Source: Macrostomum lignano (Eukaryota). From it: a stretch of DNA of 64,000 nt. Shown here piece after piece: positions 11,641-22,857 of the stretch (the stretch's first letter is position 1; the number at the start of each line of letters is the position of its first letter). The notes under the pieces are model-generated. The model had not been told where the DNA came from. It saw only the letters and a program-made list of their open reading frames with translations, and made no database searches. A program made the translations under genes and the position numbers. The stretch is from assembly GCA_002269645.1 (NCBI GenBank), contig NIVC01000051.1, positions 124,001 to 188,000 of the forward strand, read 5' to 3'.

Positions 11641-11864
11641 GTCAGACAGACAGACAGACACGCAGCTCGGCGCCACTCACTGGGCCTGCAGCGGTTGGCC
11701 TTGTGCGGCTTCCTAGACATGATAAACTGCATCCAGTCGAACACCCCAGACAGAGTCGATCTGTCCAGCCAGACGTTCAAGCCGCTGGTCTCTGGCGTGT
11801 TGGCCAGCAGCAGCAGTGCCACAGTCGGCAGAAATGTTGCCAGCATCGTTGATGAGGCTGGCAT
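8939..11864 (-). CDS. Secreted WIF-domain protein; exons 11864-11681, 11254-11073, 10681-10576, 10493-10350, last exon from 9333 (frame and end uncertain)
   Basis: Signal peptide [21 protein letters not shown], then GLNVWLD...YPLVENG...[16 protein letters not shown]...[30 protein letters not shown]...[18 protein letters not shown]...HFKKAC. This follows the WIF fold pattern of WIF1/RYK (LYLWID, NFTW, YYEF.L.S, P.vNiP..G.VP, FPC, FFKTC); all introns are phase-consistent GT-AG. Confidence 0.75.
9351..10190. repeat. 20-bp minisatellite (gagactattggatttggtca) with 40-bp dimeric variant at left end
   Basis: Direct reading; lies in last intron of WIF-domain gene. Confidence 0.95.
10845..11038. repeat. 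(TCTG)n microsatellite
   Basis: Direct reading. Confidence 0.95.
11370..11660. repeat. (CAGA)n microsatellite
   Basis: Direct reading. Confidence 0.95.
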
Positions 11865-12437
11865 AACCTTGATATATACGGTACGTTTCTTCAGCGGTGA
11901 AGAATTAGAAGAGTTCGGTGTTTCGCTCTTAGCCAGCAGAAGCGGGCCACATTAACATATGCGTCTGGTCTTCAGTTCGTACAATTTATACTCGTATGCA
12001 TAAATTTCGACCTAAAACGACGAGGCAGCGTTTTCTAATTGGACGCACAAATAAAATGAGACGGAGACTCTCCATACTTAATTCGCGTGGGGGGAGGCAG
12101 GAGCCAAGAGGGCGAGAAACGCAAGAGATATAGGGGGGAGAGAGACTGGGGCGGCCACAATAGGCAATTCCAGAGCAAAGCGGAAGGTGTAGGTGGAGCT
12201 CATTAGTTTTATAGCTAATGCCACAGGCTGGTCGAGTAACCAGCTTTCTTAGAACGATAAAAGAAAATGCAAGCTCAACCCCAGCATGCAAAATTGTTCA
12301 GCAAAATGTACTGATGCGCCCACTGTCAGTCATTGGTGCCACAAGAACTGCAAACTGCGAACGCCTACGCAAATATGCACAAAATGTGATTCAGTGCACC
12401 CAGTGCCATGTCAGGCCTCTTGTGTGAGCAACATGTA

Positions 12438-12918
12438 TGTCAACACTGCTCCCAGCTTGCTGTCAACACTGCTCCCAGCTTGCTGTCAACACTGCTCCCA
12501 GCTTGCTGTCAACACTGCTCCCAGCTTGCTGTCAACACTGCTCCCAGCTTGCTGTCAACACTGCTCCCAGCTTGCTGTCAACACTGCTCCCAGCTTGCTG
12601 TCAACACTGCTCCCAGCTTGCTGTCAACACTGCTCCCAGCTTGCTGTCAACACTGCTCCCAGCTTGCTGTCAACACTGCTCCCAGCTTGCTGTCAACACT
12701 GCTCCCAGCTTGCTGTCAACACTGCTCCCAGCTTGCTGTCAACACTGCTCCCAGCTTGCTGTCAACACTGCTCCCAGCTTGCTGTCAACACTGCTCCCAG
12801 CTTGCTGTCAACACTGCTCCCAGCTTGCTGTCAACACTGCTCCCAGCTTGCTGTCAACACTGCTCCCAGCTTGCTGTCAACACTGCTCCCAGCTTGCGTC
12901 AACACTGCTCCCAGCTTG
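12438..12918. repeat. 23-bp near-perfect minisatellite (gtcaacactgctcccagcttgct)
   Basis: About 20 copies. Confidence 0.95.
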
Positions 12919-12939
12919 CGGTCATCATCACTGGCCTAC

Positions 12940-13400
12940 TGTCTCACTACTCTCAGCACTGTCTCACTACTCTCAGCACTGTCTCACTACTCTCATCACT
13001 GTCTCACTACTCTCATCACTGTCTAACTACTCTCATCAGTTTCTCACTACTCTCATCACTGCCTCTCTACTCTCATCACTGTCTCACTACTCTCATCACT
13101 GTCTCCCTACTCTCATCACTGTGTCTCACTACTCTCATCACTGTCTCCCTACTCTCATCACTGTCTCACTACTCTCATCACTGTCTCCCTACTCTCATCA
13201 CTGTGTCTCACTACTCTCATCACTTCTCCACTCTCTACTCTCACCAGGTCTCTACTCTCTACTTTCACCACGTTCTCTACTCTCTTCACGCGGTCTCTAT
13301 ACTCTACTCTCATCGTACCGACCTGCTGTCTCCTTACTCTCTTCACGGTCTCTACTCTCATCACAGTTTCTACTCTACTCTCATCACGCGGTCTCTACTA
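12940..13400. repeat. 20-bp minisatellite (ctgtctcactactctcatca), decaying rightwards
   Basis: Direct reading. Confidence 0.85.
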
Positions 13401-14074
13401 CACTAGCTGTCTCAACTCTCATGACTGTCCTATATACTGCCTCCCCTAGTGCAGTGGCGTACAAGACCGTTAAGACAAAGTACAGTAATAAATACGCTAT
13501 TTACTACTTTGTTTCACGCGTGACAGAGCACTTTAGTTCAGCCGTGCAGTCAAGCACACCTCTTTTTCTGCTTTAAGCAGACACCTTAAAACCTAAGCTA
13601 GCCATGAATATTCTAATAATCCAATACTGCATTGCTGTGCGAGAATTTTGCATTGTCAGCTAAAATAAGTGAAATTTACAGATAGATTGTCGAAAACACT
13701 TCAATGTAAAAGCACGTGTTTTTTCAGCGCTGCATTCCTTTCTTGAGCTTTGCTTTGCGTCCAGTTGAACTGCATGTACATGCATAAAAGATAAGGATAC
13801 ACTTTGAAAGGCGCGCTTGAAGGCGCTACACCTACATTGTGTACTCGTATAATAAAGCTTATTCAAGTGAATGACAAGCAATCTGTATGTCATAAAAAAT
13901 CTAGTGTCGAGCTAATCGCAAATGGTGAATCAACTATTTAAATTATACATGTAATTAGAGGCACATATACTTGTTACACTACTGCAACTTTGATAGTAGC
14001 ATCAAACGAGGCCGACTAAAAATAAGTTAAAACATGACGGCGTAGCTAATAAAGATGACTGGCGTCAGACAACT

Positions 14075-14490
14075 ACCCCCTTCTCTAGTCCAAAAAGCAA
14101 CCACCCCACTCCCTAGTCCAATAAACTACCACCCCACTCCCTAGTCCAATAAGTAACCAGCTCACTCTCTAGTTCAATAAACAACCACCCCACTTCCTAG
14201 TCCAATAAATAACCACCCCACTCCCCAGTCCAATAAGCAACCAACTCACTCTCTAGTTCAAAAAGCAACTACCTCACTCCCTAGTCTAATAAGCAACTAC
14301 CCCACTCCCTAGTCCAATAAGCAACCACCTCACTCCCTAGTCCAATAAATAACCACCCCACTCCCTAGTCCAATAAATAACCACCCCACTCCCTAGTCTA
14401 ATAAGCAACTACCCCACTCCCTAGTCCAATAAATAACCACCCCACTCCCTAGTCCAATAAATAACCACCCCACTCCCCAGTCCAATAAGC
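14075..14490. repeat. 28-bp minisatellite (accaccccactccctagtccaataaata)
   Basis: About 14 copies. Confidence 0.9.
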
Positions 14491-14973
14491 AATCGGTGCA
14501 CTCAATAGCCCAGATAAAAACAAAGGCAAAAAAAAACGTCTGAATTTTACATCAGCAGCGCACTGTGCACCGTGTCTATTTTACATAATTTCTCATTTCT
14601 TCGTGTTTTCTAACTGAAAGAAATATTCGTTGCAACAAAACTTTAAAGCGACCACAGACGAAGTACATCTAGGTTATATTCGTACAGAAAACAAAATAGG
14701 AATCTGCTTAGATCCAGCTGATAAAAACTGAGATTAAAGGAAGACAAAAGTAGATTAATTTGCAAACAAGTTTTCGAATAATTCATTATGACTCCATTAC
14801 ATCTATCAGACAAACATATACTAATAAGCGAGTGCTTAAAATCTTTTTTGGAAGTGATGAGGCTATATAACCTAATATTATATTTTGGATGTAGATTTGA
14901 ATGTATTGATTTTCAAAAAATCCCAAATCCCGAAAAACGTGACAACATCTTCCTACGAATGGTTGAACTAAAT

Positions 14974-15131
14974 CAGAGGTAGGCAAAGCCTCTCTATCTG
15001 GCCCTCGGGTCCTTTGAAAATCCGGTCTGCTCAAGGTTTGCGTCTCTTCTCTGCTCTCTCCTCTCTTCCCGCTGCCATGAGCTAAGTTTGCGATCTGGCC
15101 CTTAAGGTTAAAAAACACTTTGCGACCTCTG
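14974..15131. mobile_element. Degenerate hAT-type MITE (158 bp)
   Basis: Imperfect TIRs cagaggtaggcaaag / ctttgcgacctctg; 8-bp flanks aactaaat / agctaaac (6/8). Confidence 0.55.
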
Positions 15132-15899
15132 AGCTAAACAAACAAAGACAAAAAAACACCAAATACTACTTTTTTCAGTTATTAGCAGTAGCAGGTATCA
15201 GTACAGTGCATTGAAGATTTTTTTGCAGTAATTCTGTACTAATGTTGCCCAATATCTCACCCAGACACAGAAAGTTTAAAGTTTTGGTTACTTCAGTACA
15301 ATACAACTTGGTATTTTTTACTGACTTGAAAAATGCAATCAGCACGGAGGTTGAATACTTATACTTAAGAAATAGAATGGAGAATGGAGGATATTGTATG
15401 CATATCTCATAAACAGTGCGTCACCTTAATTCCTACCGCTTGAGGATTGCATCTAAAAATATGTTAGATTAGGCGCTGACATATCTTTTTGTCTAACTAA
15501 CAAATACACATTAGCGTAAGTGCAGGTAAACATTAGCACATAGCAAAGTGAAGTAATAAGGCCGTGTTCATCAAGCAAAATTGGAAGGTCGGTCCAGTAA
15601 ATACAGAAAATGTTTTAGGCATAGAAATGATTGCCTAGATACTTATCTATACCAAATATGATTTATTATGTATGCATATATAGATACTTATTGACTGTAT
15701 TCAGGACTTCAAGACCGAATGAAAGGCTGGAATAATCTTTAACTAAAATCTGCAACCTGCTAAATGATAGCTCAGGATTAGAGACTAATTAAAAGGCTAA
15801 TTGTATGTAGGATGGGGAGGCTGAGGGAGAAGAGGGGGAGAACAGAAAATAGCGAGACAGGGAGGAGAGAGAGAGATCAAAAAGGGAGATAGGGGAAGA

Positions 15900-16536
15900 A
15901 AGGGGAATAGAAAAGAGGGAAGTAGGGGAGAGGGAGATAGGAGAGAGAGAGATAGGAGAGGGAGATAGGAGAGAGGGAGATAGGAGAGAGGGAGATAGGG
16001 GAGAGGGAGATAGGAGAGAGGGAGATAGGGGAGAGGAGATAGGGGAGAGGGAGATAGGGGAGAGGGAGATATGAGAGAGGGAGATAGGAGAGAGGGATAT
16101 ATGAGAGAGGGATATATGAGAGAGGGATATATGAGAGAGGGAGATAGGAGAGAGGGAGATAGGGGAGAGGGAGATAGGAGAGAGGGATATATGAGAGAGG
16201 GAGATAGGAGAGAGGGACATACATGCGCAACAGTCGGCCGATCCGGCCGACCGATTTGGCGGCCAACCAAGGTAAGTCGCAAAAATGCCCACCCCAAAGA
16301 ATAGACGTAGTACTAATTAGATAACGAGGCATTTAGTCCTTATAAAACAGTCATAGTTACTCCTGCCGTTTACCCAAAATTGCGTTAATTTTTCTTTCGG
16401 GTTTCTTTCACAGGTAAGTCGCATTTTTTGTTAAAACTAAGTCGCACGGCCGATCGAATTTTGGAGGTTGCGCATGTATGGAGAGGGAGATAGGAGAGAG
16501 AGAGAGATAGGAGAGGGAGATAGGGGAGAGGGAGAT
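15900..16536. repeat. 15-bp purine-rich minisatellite (gagagggagatagga), split by a MITE
   Basis: Direct reading. Confidence 0.85.
16218..16480. mobile_element. hAT-type MITE (263 bp)
   Basis: Perfect 14-bp TIR CATACATGCGCAAC / GTTGCGCATGTATG; perfect 8-bp TSD gagaggga (16210-16217, 16481-16488). Confidence 0.85.
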
Positions 16537-16862
16537 AGTCCTCCAGATCCGATAGCTACAGACAGTAGTTAGTAGACCAGAGTAAAACAAAACAAACAAA
16601 CAAAACAAGGAATACCGGTGAAAAATACTCGACAACTGAGCAACACAAGCAGAACTTCAGCTAATTCGTATGTAAAAACGCATTTTACCAAATTGAAATT
16701 GCGGACCAGAACAAAAACTTAAATAGACTTGAAAAGCAAAATCACCGAAAATATTTTGAACAGAAATTTTGGTAATTAGGAATATGCATATTTATATATA
16801 GATATAAATATTCGAGCAATAATTCCTGTTATTAATCTGGGGCGGGCTAGTTAAAAGAGTAC

Positions 16863-19731
16863 TTACATAGACAGCATGCACTCTAGTGGTAATCTGTTCT
16901 CTGCTCCAGTTCGATTGAGAATCTCCGACCAAGCGGCTCGGACTTTATCAGCTTTTCTGGCGTAGCCGTGGCTGGCGATGAGGCCAGGGAAGCTGGGACT
17001 GTCTGGGTAAACCGGACTGAAGCTGTGAATTCGTTCAGCGTGCAACGGCACAATGCGCAGCTTGTGCATCAGGATGCCCAGGAAGACGTCATCGAAGCGG
17101 AGGTACCTGACAATGAAATTCAATTCACAGCTTCTTTCACCTTATAAAACTGTTCTGTCCTGCGCCCCCTCCCTCCTCTCTTCCGCCATTCCCTCCTCTC
17201 TTCCACCCCTTCCCTTCTCTTTTCTGGCCCCTCCCTCCTCTATTCCGCCCTTCCCTCCTCTCTTCCGCCCCTTCCCTTCTCTTTTCTGGCCCCTCCCTCC
17301 TCTATTCCGCCCTTCCCTCCTCTCTTCCGCCCCTTCCCTTCTCTTTTCTGGCCCCTCCCTCCTCTCTTCCGCCATTCCCTCCTCTCTTCCGCCCCTTCCC
17401 TCCTCTCTTCCGCCCTTACCTCCTCTCTTCCGCCCCTTCCCTTCTCTTTTCTGGCCCCTCCCTCCTCTATTCCGCCCCTTTCCTCTTCTCTTCCGCCCCC
17501 TCCCTCCTTTCTTCCGCCCCGTCCCTCCTCTCTTCCGCCCCTTCCCTTCTCTCCTCCGGCCCCTCCCTCCTCTATTCCGCCCCTTTCCTCTTCTCTTCCG
17601 CCCCCTCCCTCCTTTCTTCCGCCCCGTCCCTCCTCTCTTCCGCCCCTCCCTCCTCTCTTCCGCCCTTCCCTCCTCTCTTCCGCCCCTTCTCTCCTCTCTT
17701 CCGCCCTTCTCTCCTCTCTTCCGCCCCTTCCCTTCTCTCCTCCGGCCCCTCCCTCCTCTCTTCCGCCCCTCCCTTTTCTCTTCCGCCCCTTCCCTCCTCT
17801 CATCCTTTCGCTCCTTCCCTCCTCTCTTCGGCCCCTTCCCTCCTCTCTTCCGCCCTTTTCCCTCATCTCTTCCACTACTTATTTTCTTCTATTAGTATTT
17901 GTGTTAATTAACCAGCAACTTGGCTAACAGCAAAGCAACGCAGCAGACTCCCTACCTAGTATATTCCATAGCGATAGTGAAGTCCTTAATAACCGGCATA
18001 GACACCAGAAACGCGCCGGCAGACACGTAAGCCGGATACATTGGCCAGGGATATTCTCGATAGGATATCAACCAGCGGCTCTGCGGATTGCGCTTGGGCG
18101 CCCGACGAACCGGGGCCGCATTGCGCCAGACAAAACCGGCCATTGTGCCTGCGTAGGACTCGGGCGGAATGGCATCGGCAAACCGGACCAAATTCAACGG
18201 GTTGACAACGTAGTCGTCGTCCAAGAAGAAGGCGAATCTGCGCGAGTGAGGTAACCATTTTTATCTACTTGGGATTGTCGCGGCGATTCGAACTTCAGGG
18301 GCCATTGGGATTCGAATGATTTTGTGGATGGGTCATTGGGATTCGAATGCTTTTGTGGATGGGTTATTGGGATTCGAATGTTTTTGGGGATGGGTCATTG
18401 GGATTCGAATGATTTTGTGGATGGGTCATTGGGATTCGAATGTTTTTGTGGATGGGTCATTGGGATTCGAATGTTTTTGTGGATGGGTCATTGGGATTCG
18501 AATGATTTTGTGGATGGGTCAATGGGATTCGAATGATTTTGTGGATGGGTCATTGGGATTCGAATGCTTTTGTGGATGGGTCATTGGGATTCGAATGATT
18601 TTGTGGATGGGTCATTGGGATTCGAATGATTTTGTGGATGGGTCATTGGGATTCGAATGCTTTTGTGGATGGGTTTTTGGGATTTGAATGTTTTTGTGGA
18701 TGGCTCAATGGGATTCGAATGTTTTTGTGGATGGGTCATTGGGATTCGAATGCTTTTGTGGATGGGTCATTGGGATTCGAATGATTTTGTGGATGGGTCA
18801 TTGGGATTCGAATGATTTTGTGGATGGGTTATTGGGATTCGAATGATAAAACAGACTGACAGGTACTCCCAAAGGTGTCTCACCTCGCACCCTGACAATG
18901 AGCAATCATCCAGCTGAAACTGGACATCATCTTCAGCGTATTATTAAAATAATGATCGACAAAGTCTGCTTGCACTATGTCGCCATATTTAGCCACTTCT
19001 TTAGCCAATTTTTCGGCATACTCCGAAGATTTTGGATCGGCAGATTTCGGCTGGCCAACCATGAATACTCGACGGACTTTATTTACGGAACTGGATGATG
19101 ATGATGATGATGAGGAAGACGATGAAGAAGAAGCTGAGCCAGCAGTTGGCCAGCAATCAAAGTTGCCCCAAGTTTCCCTGATTAATTGTCGTTGATCGAA
19201 ATGACTGAGAGCTGATTTAATCACCAGCACTATTGCAGGTTGCTGCTGCTGCTGCTGCTTCTGCTGACTCCTTCCAGTGAGCTTATACGGTTTGCACAGA
19301 TCGGCCTGATTAATAGGAAATTGAAAATTATGCCGATTTATTGGCGCCACATTCACTGACAGATTGTGGCGCACCCGGCTAACTAGTTGAACCATGTCAA
19401 CTAGCAACGGATATTTGAAGTCTTCGCTGCCAATATGAACCGACTCGGATGACGTGTCGTTAGCCACTTTTAAGAACACGTTGTACTCTGGTAGAGCCAT
19501 AATAGCGTCAAGAGGATTTGGTTTAGTCGGGCCGGGCTTTGGCTTAGCCGTATTAGCGAATGTGAAATAGCTGATTAATATAGTGCTGTGAATGCACAAG
19601 ATGATGAATACGACTAGAAAGGCTGGATTTTTAACCACCTCGCAGCAGATTTCGCCGCACACATAGAAACAGGAGCCGCAATGGTGCAGCGGTGCGCATA
19701 AGCAGCGGAGTGCGCGTCTGAATGGCAGCAT
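16863..19731 (-). CDS. Beta-1,3-galactosyltransferase family (GT31, brainiac/B3GALT-like); exons 19731-18884, 18237-17956, 17106-16863 (457 aa)
   Basis: N-terminal TM (AFLVVFIILCIHSTILISYF), LVIKSA..HFDQRQLIRETWG, YGDIVQADFVDHYFNNTLKM, FFLDDDYVVN, YPAYVSAGAFLVS, FDDVFLG motifs; phase-2 introns consistent; total 1374 nt. Confidence 0.92.
17165..17870. repeat. CT-rich ~21-bp minisatellite (cctcctctcttccgccccttc)
   Basis: Intron of GT31 gene. Confidence 0.85.
18300..18846. repeat. 31-bp minisatellite (gggtcattgggattcgaatgattttgtggat)
   Basis: About 17 copies in intron of GT31 gene. Confidence 0.93.
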
Positions 19732-20009
19732 TCAGGACCGCCTGGCTCTGTCTGCGTGTACGCGATAGGGCCGGCCGTCTACTGTATGGGGGTGAGGAGA
19801 GAGCAGAGTGCACAACGGCGGGTCTCTCCTTAAATATGCTCTGGTGTGCGCAGTGTGGACACTGTCTTTGGCGTATTGTTTAATCTGAAAAGATAACAGA
19901 CCACATTGCTGAAAGAGGTGAAGTCAATTAATTCGATTCACACTGAGCTAGGCTAGGCTGGATAAAGTTCAACAAAATAACGTGCATACATGGGATAGAA
20001 AGACAGCCA

Positions 20010-20334
20010 CTAAGACAGACATACAGACAGACAGACAGACGCTAAGACAGACAGACACTAAGACAGACAGACACTAAGATAGACAGACAGACAGACACTA
20101 AGAGAGACAGACAGACAGACAGATAGACAGAGACAGACAGACAGACACTAAGACTAAGAGAGACAGACGGACAGACAGACAGACAGACACTAGGAGAGAC
20201 AGACGGACGGACAGACAGACAGACAGACATACAGACACTAAGATAGACACACACACAGACACTAAGACAGACAGACACAGACAGACACTAAGACAGACAG
20301 ACAGACACTAAGAGAGACCGACGGACAGACAGAC

Positions 20335-20381
<47 letters not shown>

Positions 20382-20462
20382 TACAGACACTAAGACAGAC
20401 AGACACAGACAGACACTAAGACAGACAGACAGACACTAAGAGAGACCGACGGACAGACAGAC

Positions 20463-20499
<37 letters not shown>

Positions 20500-20771
20500 G
20501 ACAGACAGACAGACAGACAGACAGAGACAGACAGACAGACAGACACTAAGACAGACAGACACAGACAGACACTAAGACAGACAGACAGACACTAAGACTT
20601 AAGAGAGACAGACGGACAGAAAGACAGACAGACAGACACTAGGAGAGACAGACGGACGGACAGACAGACAGACAGACATACAGACACTAAGATAGACACA
20701 CACACAGACACTAAGACAGACAGACACAGACAGACAGACAGACACTAAGAGAGACCGACGGACAGACAGAC

Positions 20772-20826
<55 letters not shown>

Positions 20827-21222
20827 TACAGACACTAAGACAGACAGACACAGACAGACACTAAGACAGACAGACAGACACTAAGAGAGACCGACGGACA
20901 GACAGACAGAGACAGACAGACAGACAGACAGACAGAGACAGACAGACAGACAGACAGACAGAGACAGACAGACAGAGACAGACAGACAGACAGACACTAA
21001 GACAGACAGACACAGACAGACACTAAGACAGACAGACAGACACTAAGACTTAAGAGAGACAGACGGACAGAAAGACAGACAGACAGACACTAGGAGAGAC
21101 AGACGGACGGACAGACAGACAGACAGACATACAGACACTAAGATAGACACACACACAGACACTAAGACAGACAGACACAGACAGACAGACAGACACTAAG
21201 AGAGACCGACGGACAGACAGAC

Positions 21223-21277
<55 letters not shown>

Positions 21278-21556
21278 TACAGACAGTAAGACAGACAGAC
21301 ACAGACAGACACTAAGACAGACAGACAGACACTAAGAGAGACCGACGGACAGACAGACAGAGACAGACAGACAGACAGACAGACAGAGACAGACAGACAG
21401 ACAGACAGACAGAGACAGACAGACAGAGACAGACAGACAGACAGACACTAAGACAGACAGACACAGACAGACACTAAGACAGACAGACAGACACTAAGAC
21501 TTAAGAGAGACAGACGGACAGAAAGACAGACAGACAGACACTAGGAGAGACAGACG

Positions 21557-21587
<31 letters not shown>

Positions 21588-21630
21588 AGAGACAGACAGA
21601 CAGACAGACAGAGACAGACGGACAGACAGG
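20010..21630. repeat. Compound (GACA)n microsatellite with ctaa interruptions and 451-bp higher-order period
   Basis: actaagacttaagagagac marker at 20591, 21042, 21493. Confidence 0.9.
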
Positions 21631-22051
21631 CAAAAAGACAAATCGGTTTACAGGACTAAAAATAGAACTTTAACCTTCCAGTTACTCATAGTGACAACAG
21701 AGGTCTGATCTGAAATTCTCACACTGAGTAAACAAACAAACAGTTAATTACCACCTGATAGAACGAAAAAACAAAAACCGATAAAGAAATTATTGACAAA
21801 AATGGGCTTAAACTACGGCATTTATCAGTTTAATTAATTTATCATCATTTTTAACTACTGCTATTACTAAATATAATGATAATAAAAATAATGCCAATAG
21901 AAACTATTTCAGACAAGGCTGATAAGTTGCGCTTATTCTTTTATAAATATTAATTCAATATCTATAAATAATGCAGCAATGCAAAATCAAAGACAAATTG
22001 AATTCCAACTCGAAGTCTCAAACAGGCACTTGACAGATCCTCTCTGTCTCC

Positions 22052-22711
22052 CTAGTCCTGTCGAGCCTTATTAAAGAACTCGTCGTCCAACATTCCAGAC
22101 CGAGCCTGCTGCGGCTGCTGCTGCTGGTCAGAATCTGAGCTTTTCAATCCACTTCTATCGTCTTCATAGTAACTACTGCTGAACGGTTTCTGGTACTGTT
22201 CGCTGAATGAGCCGTAGCTGTAGTCCGGCTTAACATAGATTGGGTCTTTCTTCGGCTGCTGCTGCTGCTGAGAAGGCGGCGGCGCTAGAGGCAGATCAGA
22301 CAAATCCTGAATCGAGCGTTGATTATCCAGAGATATGTCTCGCTTTGGCCATTGCTGCTGCTGCGGATGTTGTTGTTGCTTCTGCTGCTGCTGTTGCAGA
22401 GGCTGCTTCTTCATCAGCATTGTCTTAACAGCGCTCTGCTCCTCATCTGTGTCCATAAATTTCCGTCTACAAACGCCCAGGTAGGACACCCTGCCTAGGA
22501 TATTGCCAGCCACAATTGAGCCCAGATATCGTAGGGCTATGAATTTTTGGTAATGACCCAGGCGATGACGCCAGAAGGTCACCAGGGTCAGGGCGGCGCT
22601 AAATGGTAAACAGCGCCTGTAGAAACTCTCTTGCTGACATTGGCGCAGCAGCTCCCGATCTAGATCGGTCAGGGCCAATTCGCCCGACTGATTAGCGCCT
22701 GGAAAAGCCAT
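22052..22711 (-). CDS. OCIAD1: OCIA domain-containing protein (asrij/OCIAD1-like), single exon
   Basis: LTDLDRELLRQCQQESFYRRCLPFS...RYLGSIVAGNILGRVSYLGVCRRKF matches the OCIA domain pattern (C..ESF..R..P; G...GK.SY...C..KF); Q-rich tail. Confidence 0.85.
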   Translation of the reverse strand: MAFPGANQSGELALTDLDRELLRQCQQESFYRRCLPFSAALTLVTFWRHRLGHYQKFIALRYLGSIVAGNILGRVSYLGVCRRKFMDTDEEQSAVKTMLMKKQPLQQQQQKQQQHPQQQQWPKRDISLDNQRSIQDLSDLPLAPPPSQQQQQPKKDPIYVKPDYSYGSFSEQYQKPFSSSYYEDDRSGLKSSDSDQQQQPQQARSGMLDDEFFNKARQD

Positions 22712-22857
22712 CAATTTGCAATTTGTTTTTTGGATTAAAACTACTTAATGAAAGTAGTATAGTTGCGCTAAATTTGAAATAGCTAGTCAGAATAGTCTAA
22801 AGTTTGGAAACACTATATTTAACATCTTTAGATTATAGGTTTTTGACTGAATTCACG

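Noticed and set aside
12286-13576. Cys-rich ORFs of 246-379 aa
   Set aside because: 23-bp and 20-bp tandem repeats; no unique coding content
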